Program-made: the position numbers and the translations under genes
Assembly: GCA_043816005.1 (NCBI GenBank)
Contig: JBDRIM010000027.1
Coordinates: 1 to 19,692, forward strand
From: Candidatus Micrarchaeota archaeon
GTDB taxonomy: Archaea; Micrarchaeota; Micrarchaeia; Anstonellales; Bilamarchaeaceae
DNA length: 19,692 bases
Reading direction: 5' to 3'
The notes under the pieces: model-generated
What the model saw: the letters and a program-made list of their open reading frames with translations, nothing else
Database searches by the model: none
What the model was told of the DNA's origin: nothing
Shown: positions 8,954 through 16,635 of the stretch, piece after piece
Layout: each line of letters opens with the position of its first letter
Numbering within the stretch: the stretch's first letter is position 1

Positions 8954-9141
8954 AGCTTCGCGAGCCTAAGTTAATAAGAGACGAGCGACATTCTAGTTTT
9001 TAGTAGAAAACGACTTTAAAGTTCTAATGAGTTTTGTTAGAATACCAACCAAGCTTCGCGAGCCTAAGTTAATAAGAGACGAGCGACATTCTAGTTTTTA
9101 GTAGAAAACGACTTTAAAGTTCTAATGAGTTTTGTTAGAAT
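8954..9141. repeat. Perfect 90-bp direct repeat, two copies (8954-9043, 9052-9141) with 8-bp spacer ACCAACCA
   Basis: The two copies match base by base. Each has internal inverted repeats (TTCTA..TAGAA and TTCTAA..TTAGAA). Copy 2 abuts the top6A stop codon. Confidence 0.95.
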
Positions 9142-10239
9142 CTATGATAACCATTTTTTGTTCTCTATTTTTGCTTTTATATATTCCCCAACAAAAGTAA
9201 GTCTCTCACCCTGTAAAGCATCCTGCTCAATTTTTTTCTTTGTCTTAAGCACAAGTTTAAGTTCATGCACCCAGTCTTTATGGCGATTTATCCAAGGGTA
9301 GCCAAGCATTTCCTCTGCTCTTTTTACATCTACTTCCTTTGCTTTAATTGTTAATTTTTGTAAGAAGCTAAACTCTTTGATATCACTCATAGTAACCCCA
9401 AGGAATCTGGATTCTGGAACTGCAAAATCTCTTCCTAAATAGGCAAGATTCATACTTCCAGTTTTTATTGTCCAATATATGTACCATCCCCATGCATCAC
9501 AGTCCATTAAGCAGTAAACTGGTAATTTTCTGTCTGCAAGTTTTCTGAGTAATCTTCGTGTGCCTCTTGTTGACTGGCCTTTTGGGGTTATAAGTAAACA
9601 ATTTTCTTTTTTCCAAAATTTGTCCTCATTGAGTCTTTGCCAAAGTGCATCCTTTTCAACAACAAGAACATAGTCTGCTTCAAGATCCGTTATCTCCATA
9701 CCATTATCAACGTCGCTCGGTATACTCCACCCACTTCTCCCTTGTTTTTCAAGATCTATAAGTGTGCTATCCCCACCAAATTTATCCATTATCTTCATTG
9801 GTCCTGCAACGAAACCTTTTCTATCTGTAGTAAGATTGAGGTCTTCGCGTCTTATCTTTAGCGCAACTTCAATATCTTCAATAAGGCCATTTGATTCTGA
9901 TTGTTCTGTAAATATGTCTTCATCAATATCTTCGCCAAGGCTAAATTTTAACTGATAAAACAAACCTCTGATTGAAGTATGGAGGTTTTGTTTGAGGAAT
10001 TGTCTTGTTCGTGCAGCAACAGCAACAGTTTGCATAAAAGTTCTTGCCTGTGCCATGCTCAAAAATTTTCGTTGCTCTTTTTTATCACCTGTTCTCAAAC
10101 AGCCAACTGCTTCGTCAAAAAGAGTATTACTTTTTGTTCTAAGTGTTGTTTCGAATGTTGGCCCATCACCATTACTTATTTGAGTTACCATCTCATTGCC
10201 AAGTGCCACTAATTTTTTAGTTGCTGGTGTTTCGCTCAT
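9142..10239 (-). CDS. top6A: DNA topoisomerase VI subunit A
   Basis: Spo11-like catalytic-Tyr motif RGLFY, FxEQSES..IEDIE, Toprim VVEKD and DCD, and KKKIEQDAL. ATGA overlap with top6B. Confidence 0.97.
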   Translation of the reverse strand: MSETPATKKLVALGNEMVTQISNGDGPTFETTLRTKSNTLFDEAVGCLRTGDKKEQRKFLSMAQARTFMQTVAVAARTRQFLKQNLHTSIRGLFYQLKFSLGEDIDEDIFTEQSESNGLIEDIEVALKIRREDLNLTTDRKGFVAGPMKIMDKFGGDSTLIDLEKQGRSGWSIPSDVDNGMEITDLEADYVLVVEKDALWQRLNEDKFWKKENCLLITPKGQSTRGTRRLLRKLADRKLPVYCLMDCDAWGWYIYWTIKTGSMNLAYLGRDFAVPESRFLGVTMSDIKEFSFLQKLTIKAKEVDVKRAEEMLGYPWINRHKDWVHELKLVLKTKKKIEQDALQGERLTFVGEYIKAKIENKKWLS

Positions 10240-11852
10240 TCCTCTTCACCCCCATCAATCTCTTTTTTGTCATTTTTTTTAGGTATATCCTCTTCTGAAA
10301 GCGTATCTAGGTTACCATACTTTTCTTCAATTATCCTCGTTAGTTTCTTTTCTATGCCCTCCTTTTTTTCACCAGAAAGGCTTGAAAGATCACTTGAAAG
10401 TTGCTGAACATATCTCTTCACAACTTTCTTTTTATTTGCAATTTCGTGAGCACGTCGTTTTCCTGACAGATACTTCTGCACACCTCTAGATGCTTCCATT
10501 ATTGCAAATTTTATCTCATCCATGACATCTTCTTCATTTGATATTGCCTGCTTTCCGGCACTGGTGTATGGTACATAAACACTTACTAAGTTAACAAGAA
10601 CTGCTATCGGTTCCTCATCAAATTTCTTTACATCATATCTTTTCCAATCCATTGTCTTTATCGTCTCGCTTATTGCACAGCCACTTGAATCAAATAACAA
10701 AGGAACACGGTTTGCGAATCTCATCACTTCTCCTTTTTTACCTGCTGCAGCAACTCCACCTCCATAAGCAATTCCAACTTCTACCATAAATGGTATCCCA
10801 CCACGATATACTTTTGGGCTTCTTTCGGTGACCACAAGGACATCTGGATTGAAGATATTCCTGAATGATAACTCAATCTGTTCCTTACCAATTGGCACAA
10901 GAGAATCAGTTGTTGGTGCTATCCATTTAACTTGTTTGAATGTCTTTACAATGCTCTCTGCATCCTCCCAAGTAAGTTTATCTGGTGAACGGTTGAAGTC
11001 AATAGTCGGAAGAAGAGATCTTAGTTCCTCTACCTTCCCTGCACTCATTCTTGTAAAGGTTTCTTGTAAAAATGATGACAATCTTCTATTCTCTTTGTTG
11101 TGTTTTGCAAATTCCAAAAGATCATGTGGACTTATACCTAATGGGTGAGGTTTTATTTCAAATGGTTTTGGTGGATTTTGTATTACTGAGCGTGGAAAAA
11201 CTGTCTTTTCAGTATTTGGTTCTATCAATGTTATTGTACAATGTGGATTTGCCAAAGCAGTTCTCCTAAGATATTCATATACCCCATAATTACTTTTTTC
11301 ATATTTGACTTCTTTGAATTCAGATATCACAGTCAACCCACTTTCTTCTGTTGGAACTTCTTCAAGTTGTTCAATCTCTGGCTTGTTTTTTTTATAATCA
11401 ATAGATACCTTTGCCGTTAGTTTTACGTTCTTATGGCAGGATATGGCAATGGTTGGCTGGCCTGTTGTAATATAAGAAAACATCGTACATGCCGCTGCTC
11501 CAATTCCCTGTTGTCCTCTTTGTTGTAGATATCTGTGGAATTTAGTGCCTGCAAGCATCTGCCCAAGTGCCTTTCCAAGATGGGTTTTTGGTATTCCTGG
11601 TCCGTTATCTTTTATTGTTAGTTTATAATGTTCTTTTTCCTTTTCTATTTCTTCAACTTGTACAAATATTTCTGGTATTATTCCAGCTTCTTCACACGCA
11701 TCAAGACTATTTGTTACAAACTCGTGGACTATCATTGTCATAGATCTTACTTTTCCTGAAAAACCAAGCATTTGTCTGTTCTTTTTGAAGAACTCTGCTA
11801 CAGAGTGCTCTTTGAACTGTTTGAATGTATCATCATCAACCATAAATATCAC
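10236..11852 (-). CDS. top6B: DNA topoisomerase VI subunit B
   Basis: SVAEFFKKNRQMLGF, GHKL motifs EFVTNSLDA, DNGPGI and RGQQGIG, H2TH region, and transducer RFANRVPLL / VPYTSAGKQAI. Probable start is the ATG at 11843. Confidence 0.97.
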   Translation of the reverse strand: MIFMVDDDTFKQFKEHSVAEFFKKNRQMLGFSGKVRSMTMIVHEFVTNSLDACEEAGIIPEIFVQVEEIEKEKEHYKLTIKDNGPGIPKTHLGKALGQMLAGTKFHRYLQQRGQQGIGAAACTMFSYITTGQPTIAISCHKNVKLTAKVSIDYKKNKPEIEQLEEVPTEESGLTVISEFKEVKYEKSNYGVYEYLRRTALANPHCTITLIEPNTEKTVFPRSVIQNPPKPFEIKPHPLGISPHDLLEFAKHNKENRRLSSFLQETFTRMSAGKVEELRSLLPTIDFNRSPDKLTWEDAESIVKTFKQVKWIAPTTDSLVPIGKEQIELSFRNIFNPDVLVVTERSPKVYRGGIPFMVEVGIAYGGGVAAAGKKGEVMRFANRVPLLFDSSGCAISETIKTMDWKRYDVKKFDEEPIAVLVNLVSVYVPYTSAGKQAISNEEDVMDEIKFAIMEASRGVQKYLSGKRRAHEIANKKKVVKRYVQQLSSDLSSLSGEKKEGIEKKLTRIIEEKYGNLDTLSEEDIPKKNDKKEIDGGEEE

Positions 11853-11943
11853 TTTACATGGGATTTTGGTTAATTATCTTTATCAACTAATTAATATCTT
11901 TCGTACTGGTTGTTAATGAATTATGGATAAAAAAATATACAAT

Positions 11944-12477
11944 TCAACGGCCTTTAAGTCTTGCTTCCCAAATTTCTCTTTTGATCTTTGCTAAATATCC
12001 AAGTACGCTTGTATGGCGTGCACCATTTACCAACATCCCTATTGCTTCCTTTGCATATTCCATAGTATCTATCTTTGCAATTATGCTGATGGTACTTCCA
12101 TAAATGCTAATATAAGAGTCAGTTGCATCTTCGATATTGTGTTTTATTTTTCCTTTTTCTCCAATTATTCTTCCTTTTAGTCTTGTTACTGCCTTTTCAC
12201 TATGGGTGTATTCTTTTAATGAAATTATATACAAACCATAATCATGTGCAAGCAAACGAAGTGCTTCTTCTGGGGTAAACCCTCTACCTATTGCCTTTAC
12301 AATATCTTTAGCAAAAAAAACGTCTTCTGGTTCACCATCTATCCCTACATCTCCATCCGTGTCTACAATCAGTTTAATATTGCATTTATTTTCTACTTTC
12401 TTTTTTGTAATACCATCCTTTCCAACTAATATTTTCATCCTTTCAACTGGTATTTTCAAATACTCTGTCATAATCAT
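11944..12477 (-). CDS. pno1: Double KH-domain pre-rRNA processing protein (Pno1/Dim2, Krr1 family)
   Basis: Two KH GxxG loops (LVGKDG, RLKGRIIGEKG), VKAIGRGF and GARH. GGTGA at 12482-12478 favours the ATG at 12471. Confidence 0.92.
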   Translation of the reverse strand: MIMTEYLKIPVERMKILVGKDGITKKKVENKCNIKLIVDTDGDVGIDGEPEDVFFAKDIVKAIGRGFTPEEALRLLAHDYGLYIISLKEYTHSEKAVTRLKGRIIGEKGKIKHNIEDATDSYISIYGSTISIIAKIDTMEYAKEAIGMLVNGARHTSVLGYLAKIKREIWEARLKGR

Positions 12478-12484
12478 TCACCAA

Positions 12485-13279
12485 CTATTTTGCAAGTTTA
12501 GTAAGTATTGCCTTTATTTCACTATCATTCTCATATGGCAATCTTTTTTCTGCTGCAGCTTTGACTTCACTGTCTCCAATCAAATCTTTGAGTGTTTCCA
12601 CAGCTTCCTTGCGCGTCTGTACATCCCAGTGTGATAACAGTGTTATGAGCGATTTCTTTACTTCGTCATCTTCCTTTATGAGTGATATTGCTTTTATTGC
12701 GTTAAACTGGTTTTCACCGATGTCTCCTCTTGCTATTATTATTAATTCTTTTTTTAAGGCATTGATCAGTTGTATACTTTTTAGTGTAGCGATGTATTCC
12801 AGTGCAATTCCTGCACTATCTCGCGTTCTCAACATTGCAGTAAGTTGTTTTGTTATTTCCTGTACATATTTTTCCTGTGTTATTATTTTTTTCAATCCAT
12901 TTGTTATCTCTTTTTTTACTCCTTCTTTTTGATCTGCACTTAATAACAAAAAATCTACAAATGCATTATTCCATCCACTGTCAATCACCATCATCATCGT
13001 GTAATACACGACAAATCTTGGAGAAAGTCCATAATCCTCACTCCCTTGATTTGATACTACTGCCAATGCCACTCTGAGTATGGCAGTTGCCTCATGTTTC
13101 ATCTCACCAAGATCTATACCTGGTTTTTTTGTTGCAGCGTATGATGCCATTATTCTCCAGAATACATCTCTTATGTTGACATCTGGTGCTAAGCCAAATT
13201 TATGCAGTACTAGCTTTTTTTTTGGTGGCGGTGCTCCTCCTTTATCATCATCCCCACCACTAAAAGTTTCCTTTGGCAT
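12485..13279 (-). CDS. Hypothetical helical protein with C-terminal HEAT-like repeats
   Basis: Amphipathic helical repeats such as VKKSLITLLSHWDVQTRKEAVETL and LPYENDSEIKAIL. Low-complexity N-terminus. GAGG upstream. Confidence 0.65.
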   Translation of the reverse strand: MPKETFSGGDDDKGGAPPPKKKLVLHKFGLAPDVNIRDVFWRIMASYAATKKPGIDLGEMKHEATAILRVALAVVSNQGSEDYGLSPRFVVYYTMMMVIDSGWNNAFVDFLLLSADQKEGVKKEITNGLKKIITQEKYVQEITKQLTAMLRTRDSAGIALEYIATLKSIQLINALKKELIIIARGDIGENQFNAIKAISLIKEDDEVKKSLITLLSHWDVQTRKEAVETLKDLIGDSEVKAAAEKRLPYENDSEIKAILTKLAK

Positions 13280-13318
13280 AATTTTCCTCTATTGATATTT
13301 ATCAGCTAAATATTTTAA

Positions 13319-15502
13319 CTAACCCACAACACCAGTTTTGGTATTTTTCATTCGGAGTTCTTCTGCACTTGTGATAAGCTGTTTATCATTACATACGACT
13401 GCAAAATCTTTCACTAAAATTTTTATCTTTTCAACTTCTGATATTGTAAGCACTTCTTTTGGTAAATTTTTCTCGTTCTTGAGTGTAACTTTGTCGCCTA
13501 TTAAACTTTTGTCGCAGAAAATAACTTCAAGAGCTCCAACTTCCATCGCTGCCTTACCATGTCGCGAACTGCGGTTCGCGATAGTCAAGGAAGCCGAAGC
13601 TTCCTTGCCATCATGGGGTGGTACAAACTCCCTACCTTCTGCTGCAAGTAGCATGCCTTGCGATTCAATCCCTCGTAATTTGGCTGGCGCAAGATTTTTG
13701 ACTATTACAACTTTTCTACCGACGAGTTCTTCAGGAAAATAATGACCTGCAAGACCAGAAACAATCTGTCGCTCACCATCGCTCAATCTGATTCGTTCCA
13801 CAAACAATTTTTCGGCGTTCGGATGCTTTTCTGCGCTTATTATTATTTCTCCCACTTCTAAATCCAAATCGCTGAATTTTGGTTCAACAACATACTTTCC
13901 TGAAAATTTTGCCTTTAGAGCTTCAATTTCTTTTTGTTCGATTTTCTTGAATATTGTTTTTGGATTTCCTATCTCATGGCCAGAATGATTAGCATTCTGG
14001 ACTGTCGCGAACGAATTGTCGTTCGCTCCATGGCCAGATTGCAAAGGTTTGCTAATATCTGTCCATTTTTTTGGTTCCATGTTTAGTTGTGCGAATATTT
14101 CGCTGCTTGTTGCCGGTAAATATGGTTCAAGTAAAATTGCTAGATCTTTCACTTGTGTTGTTAGAATTCCAATGGCAGTTTCCGCTCTTGTTCTTTCAGT
14201 TTTAATACTCACCCATGGTTTGTTGTCCTGGAAGAATTTATTTGCATTTTTTGAAAACTGCATTATTTTGTGCAACCCGTCCCTTATTTTGACTTTTTCA
14301 AGATCTTTTCCTATTTCTTCTACTGTTTTGGCCTGTTGTTGCAGAAATACTATATCCTGTTCGTTTTGTGGCCCATATTGTGGTATTTTTCCATCAAAAT
14401 TATTCTTTATGAATACTAATGTTCTGTTCACTAAATTTCCAACATTTGCAAGAAGCTCATTATTGTTTGTTTCTATTAATACTTTTTCAGAGAAATCACC
14501 ATCTTCAAATGTTGGAACCTCACTTAGCAAGCAATATCTTAATGGGTCAACTCCATACTTTTCAATCAAGTAAAATGGGTCTATTATATTGCCAAGTGAT
14601 TTACTCATTTTTTGGCCGTTGACTGTTATGTAACCATGAACAAGTACTGATTTTGGTAATTTCAATCCAGCAGAAAGCAGTATTGCAGGCCAGTATACAG
14701 CATGAAATCTAAGAATTCCTTTTCCTATAACATGGGTATTAGCTGGCCAAAATTTGTTAAATGTTTTCTCATCGGTACCATATCCTATACCAGTTATATA
14801 CGTTCCTAGTGCATCAAACCAAACATACTGAATCTGGCTTGGATCATTAGGTACAGGGACTCCCCATCCCTTAGCTCTAGTGACAGATCTCGAAATACTA
14901 AAATCCTTCAACCCGCCTCTTATAAAACTAAGAACTTCGTTTTTTCGTGTTTCAGGAATTATTTCTAGCTCGTTTGTCTCTATTAACGTTTCTAATTTAT
15001 CTTGATAGTTTGACAATTTGAAAAAATAGTTCTCTTCTTCAACTGTTTCAGGTTGAGTTCTATGTTCCGGACATATCCCGTTTACGAGTTCCCCTTCGTC
15101 ATAAAATGCTTCGCAACCTACGCAATAAAGGCCACGATATTTTCTACTGTAAATATCTCCGTTTTTATGGCAAAGTTCCCATACTCTCTGAACACCTGCC
15201 CAGTGTTTCTCCTTATCTGATGTTCGTCTAAATGTAGTATAAGACAAGCCAATCTTATCAGCCATGTCTTTGAAAATGGCAGAATTTTTGTCGCAAAGTT
15301 GAGCTGCAGTTATGCCTTCTTTTTCAGCTGCGCGTACATTTTTGAGACTGTTCTCATCAGCACCAGTTACGAGTGCCACTTCCTTACCACGAGATTTCTG
15401 ATATCTTGCGATTACGTCGGTTTGTATAAATTCCAGTACATGCCCTATATGTGGAGCTGCATTGACGTATGGTATCGCAGTTGTAAGATAATATGTTTCC
15501 AT
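13319..15502 (-). CDS. metG: Methionine--tRNA ligase with C-terminal tRNA-binding (Trbp111-like) domain
   Basis: HIGH, KMSKS and YVWFDAL motifs, a single Zn knuckle CVGC...CPEH, and anticodon-domain NKPW. C-terminal HPNAEKL...RQIVSG...LRGIESQGMLLAA. Confidence 0.97.
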   Translation of the reverse strand: METYYLTTAIPYVNAAPHIGHVLEFIQTDVIARYQKSRGKEVALVTGADENSLKNVRAAEKEGITAAQLCDKNSAIFKDMADKIGLSYTTFRRTSDKEKHWAGVQRVWELCHKNGDIYSRKYRGLYCVGCEAFYDEGELVNGICPEHRTQPETVEEENYFFKLSNYQDKLETLIETNELEIIPETRKNEVLSFIRGGLKDFSISRSVTRAKGWGVPVPNDPSQIQYVWFDALGTYITGIGYGTDEKTFNKFWPANTHVIGKGILRFHAVYWPAILLSAGLKLPKSVLVHGYITVNGQKMSKSLGNIIDPFYLIEKYGVDPLRYCLLSEVPTFEDGDFSEKVLIETNNNELLANVGNLVNRTLVFIKNNFDGKIPQYGPQNEQDIVFLQQQAKTVEEIGKDLEKVKIRDGLHKIMQFSKNANKFFQDNKPWVSIKTERTRAETAIGILTTQVKDLAILLEPYLPATSSEIFAQLNMEPKKWTDISKPLQSGHGANDNSFATVQNANHSGHEIGNPKTIFKKIEQKEIEALKAKFSGKYVVEPKFSDLDLEVGEIIISAEKHPNAEKLFVERIRLSDGERQIVSGLAGHYFPEELVGRKVVIVKNLAPAKLRGIESQGMLLAAEGREFVPPHDGKEASASLTIANRSSRHGKAAMEVGALEVIFCDKSLIGDKVTLKNEKNLPKEVLTISEVEKIKILVKDFAVVCNDKQLITSAEELRMKNTKTGVVG
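13558..13615 (-). mobile_element. In-frame double-hairpin insertion element B in metG (sense orientation)
   Basis: mRNA strand reads CATG-ATGG-CAAGGAAGC-TTCG-GCTTCCTTG-ACTA-TCGCGAAC-CGCA-GTTCGCGA-CATG. The two CATG sites are 54 bp apart. It encodes extra residues after the conserved MLLAAE motif. Confidence 0.7.
13975..14041 (+). mobile_element. In-frame double-hairpin insertion element A in metG (antisense orientation)
   Basis: Plus strand reads CATG-G-CCAGAATG-ATTAG-CATTCTGG-ACTG-TC-GCGAACGA-ATTG-TCGTTCGC-TC-CATGGCCAGATTG. The direct repeat CATGGCCAGA(A/T)TG has a 54-bp period. Removing 54 bp restores LQSGHEIGNPK. Confidence 0.75.
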
Positions 15503-15503
15503 T

Positions 15504-16478
15504 TCAATTCACCTTATTTTTTAAATTTCTTCTGGATAGGTTAGCCAGAGCTTTTTCTATGTCCCCTTTTCTTTTACTATGTTTTAGATAAGGGTCCAAC
15601 ATATTAAAGAGCTTCAATAACAATTCTTTTCTACTAATTTTTAAATGCCAATAACAATACCGTTGTTTATACCCGCCTGTTATAGTGTACCTTTTTTTTG
15701 CCTTATATATGTAAACTGGAGCGATGTTGTATATTTTAAGCTTCTTTTTTATTGCTTCAAGCAATTCGTTATCATAATTGCCCAATGAATATGCTGCCTT
15801 GTTGTTTGTTATAAAAATGCTTCCTTCAGCATCAGTGAAACCTGCAAAAAACGGGATAAAAAGTTCTTTTTTAAATTCTAGGTCAAGTTTCTGCCTGCAA
15901 TTTATAAGAAAATCAAATGATTCATCTAAAAATGCCTCAATTTGTACTTTACCAGAGTTGTTAGGTTTACTTACCCATACTCGTCCATATTTTGAAAACA
16001 AGTCATAAATTAAGTCTATCTGCTCTTGTTTTGTACTCCCACAATCAACCTTTACTGTTTTGCTTTTCTTTCCAACTTTACGAACTCTTAAATCTCCTAT
16101 AGCAAATCCCAGTAGATATGCTCTTTCGATTGGATCTTCTGAAAATGGCGTTCTATGATATTTCACATGTGCTGTTGAAATGTCCCTTGCAAGATTTAAT
16201 CTCTTTAGTCTCCTATGGATACTTGATCTTCCACAACCTGCTATATCTGCTATTTTCCAACTTGACAATCTCTCAGTTACATACATTTTCTTTATCTCTT
16301 TATCATTTATTCTCAGTCGTGGTACTCCTGCAGGTCTTAGTTTGATCCTGGCTAATCTTAATCTCTTCAAAATGGTGGCCTTACAACAACCATACAGTTG
16401 GGCGATTCTGCAACTACTCAATTTTTTCTTGATATACAACTCCCGGATTTCGTCTAATGGTATTCTCTTCACTATCAT
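15504..16478 (-). CDS. Free-standing two-motif LAGLIDADG homing-endonuclease-family protein with two N-terminal HTH repeats
   Basis: Motif 1 AYLLGFAIGDL, motif 2 FFAGFTDAEGSI, and C-terminal PYLKHSKRK. Tandem HTHs IRELYIKKKLSSCRIAQLYGCCKATILKRL and IKKMYVTERLSSWKIADIAGCGRSSIHRRL. Very basic protein and AT-rich gene. Confidence 0.88.
   Translation of the reverse strand: MIVKRIPLDEIRELYIKKKLSSCRIAQLYGCCKATILKRLRLARIKLRPAGVPRLRINDKEIKKMYVTERLSSWKIADIAGCGRSSIHRRLKRLNLARDISTAHVKYHRTPFSEDPIERAYLLGFAIGDLRVRKVGKKSKTVKVDCGSTKQEQIDLIYDLFSKYGRVWVSKPNNSGKVQIEAFLDESFDFLINCRQKLDLEFKKELFIPFFAGFTDAEGSIFITNNKAAYSLGNYDNELLEAIKKKLKIYNIAPVYIYKAKKRYTITGGYKQRYCYWHLKISRKELLLKLFNMLDPYLKHSKRKGDIEKALANLSRRNLKNKVN
15509..15513 (-). 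promoter_or_regulatory. Shine-Dalgarno site of metG, located inside the 3' end of the LAGLIDADG gene
   Basis: Minus strand reads AAGGTGAATTGAAATG, with GGTGA 6 nt before the metG ATG. Confidence 0.7.
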
Positions 16479-16635
16479 TATTCATAGATGCAATTTTTAA
16501 ACAATAGGTGCAGCAGACCAACTAGTAAAATTGCGCGTGATTAAAACCATTACGATTGCAGATGCAATTCGACGGTAGTTTTGTTTAACTACTTTACATA
16601 CCAACGTCTTCTGTTTAAACAAATCGCTATTTTTA

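Noticed and set aside
8752..9003. 83-aa ORF running into the repeat
   Set aside because: It is an alternative frame of the lipoprotein 3' end that crosses the terminator and repeat, with no coding evidence.
8954..9141. CRISPR array
   Set aside because: Only two units, the repeat is 90 bp with an 8-bp spacer, and there are no cas genes in the window.
13838..13847. ATA triplet run (Ile-Ile-Ile) in the metG C-terminal domain as a phase-variable tract
   Set aside because: Only three in-frame units; at most a single-codon slip.
12561..14573. Plus-strand ORFs of 123-185 aa antisense to the HEAT-like gene and metG, and other short overlapping ORFs in the track
   Set aside because: They lie fully within well-supported genes, show no motifs and have shadow-ORF composition.
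15504..16635. LAGLIDADG gene as an intein or as an rRNA/tRNA intron ORF
   Set aside because: It has its own start and stop, no intein splice-junction residues, is out of frame with metG, and has no recognisable RNA-gene exons on either side.
16479..16635. SAM riboswitch or T-box upstream of metG
   Set aside because: No conserved SAM-I or T-box motifs were found, only short AT-rich inverted repeats.
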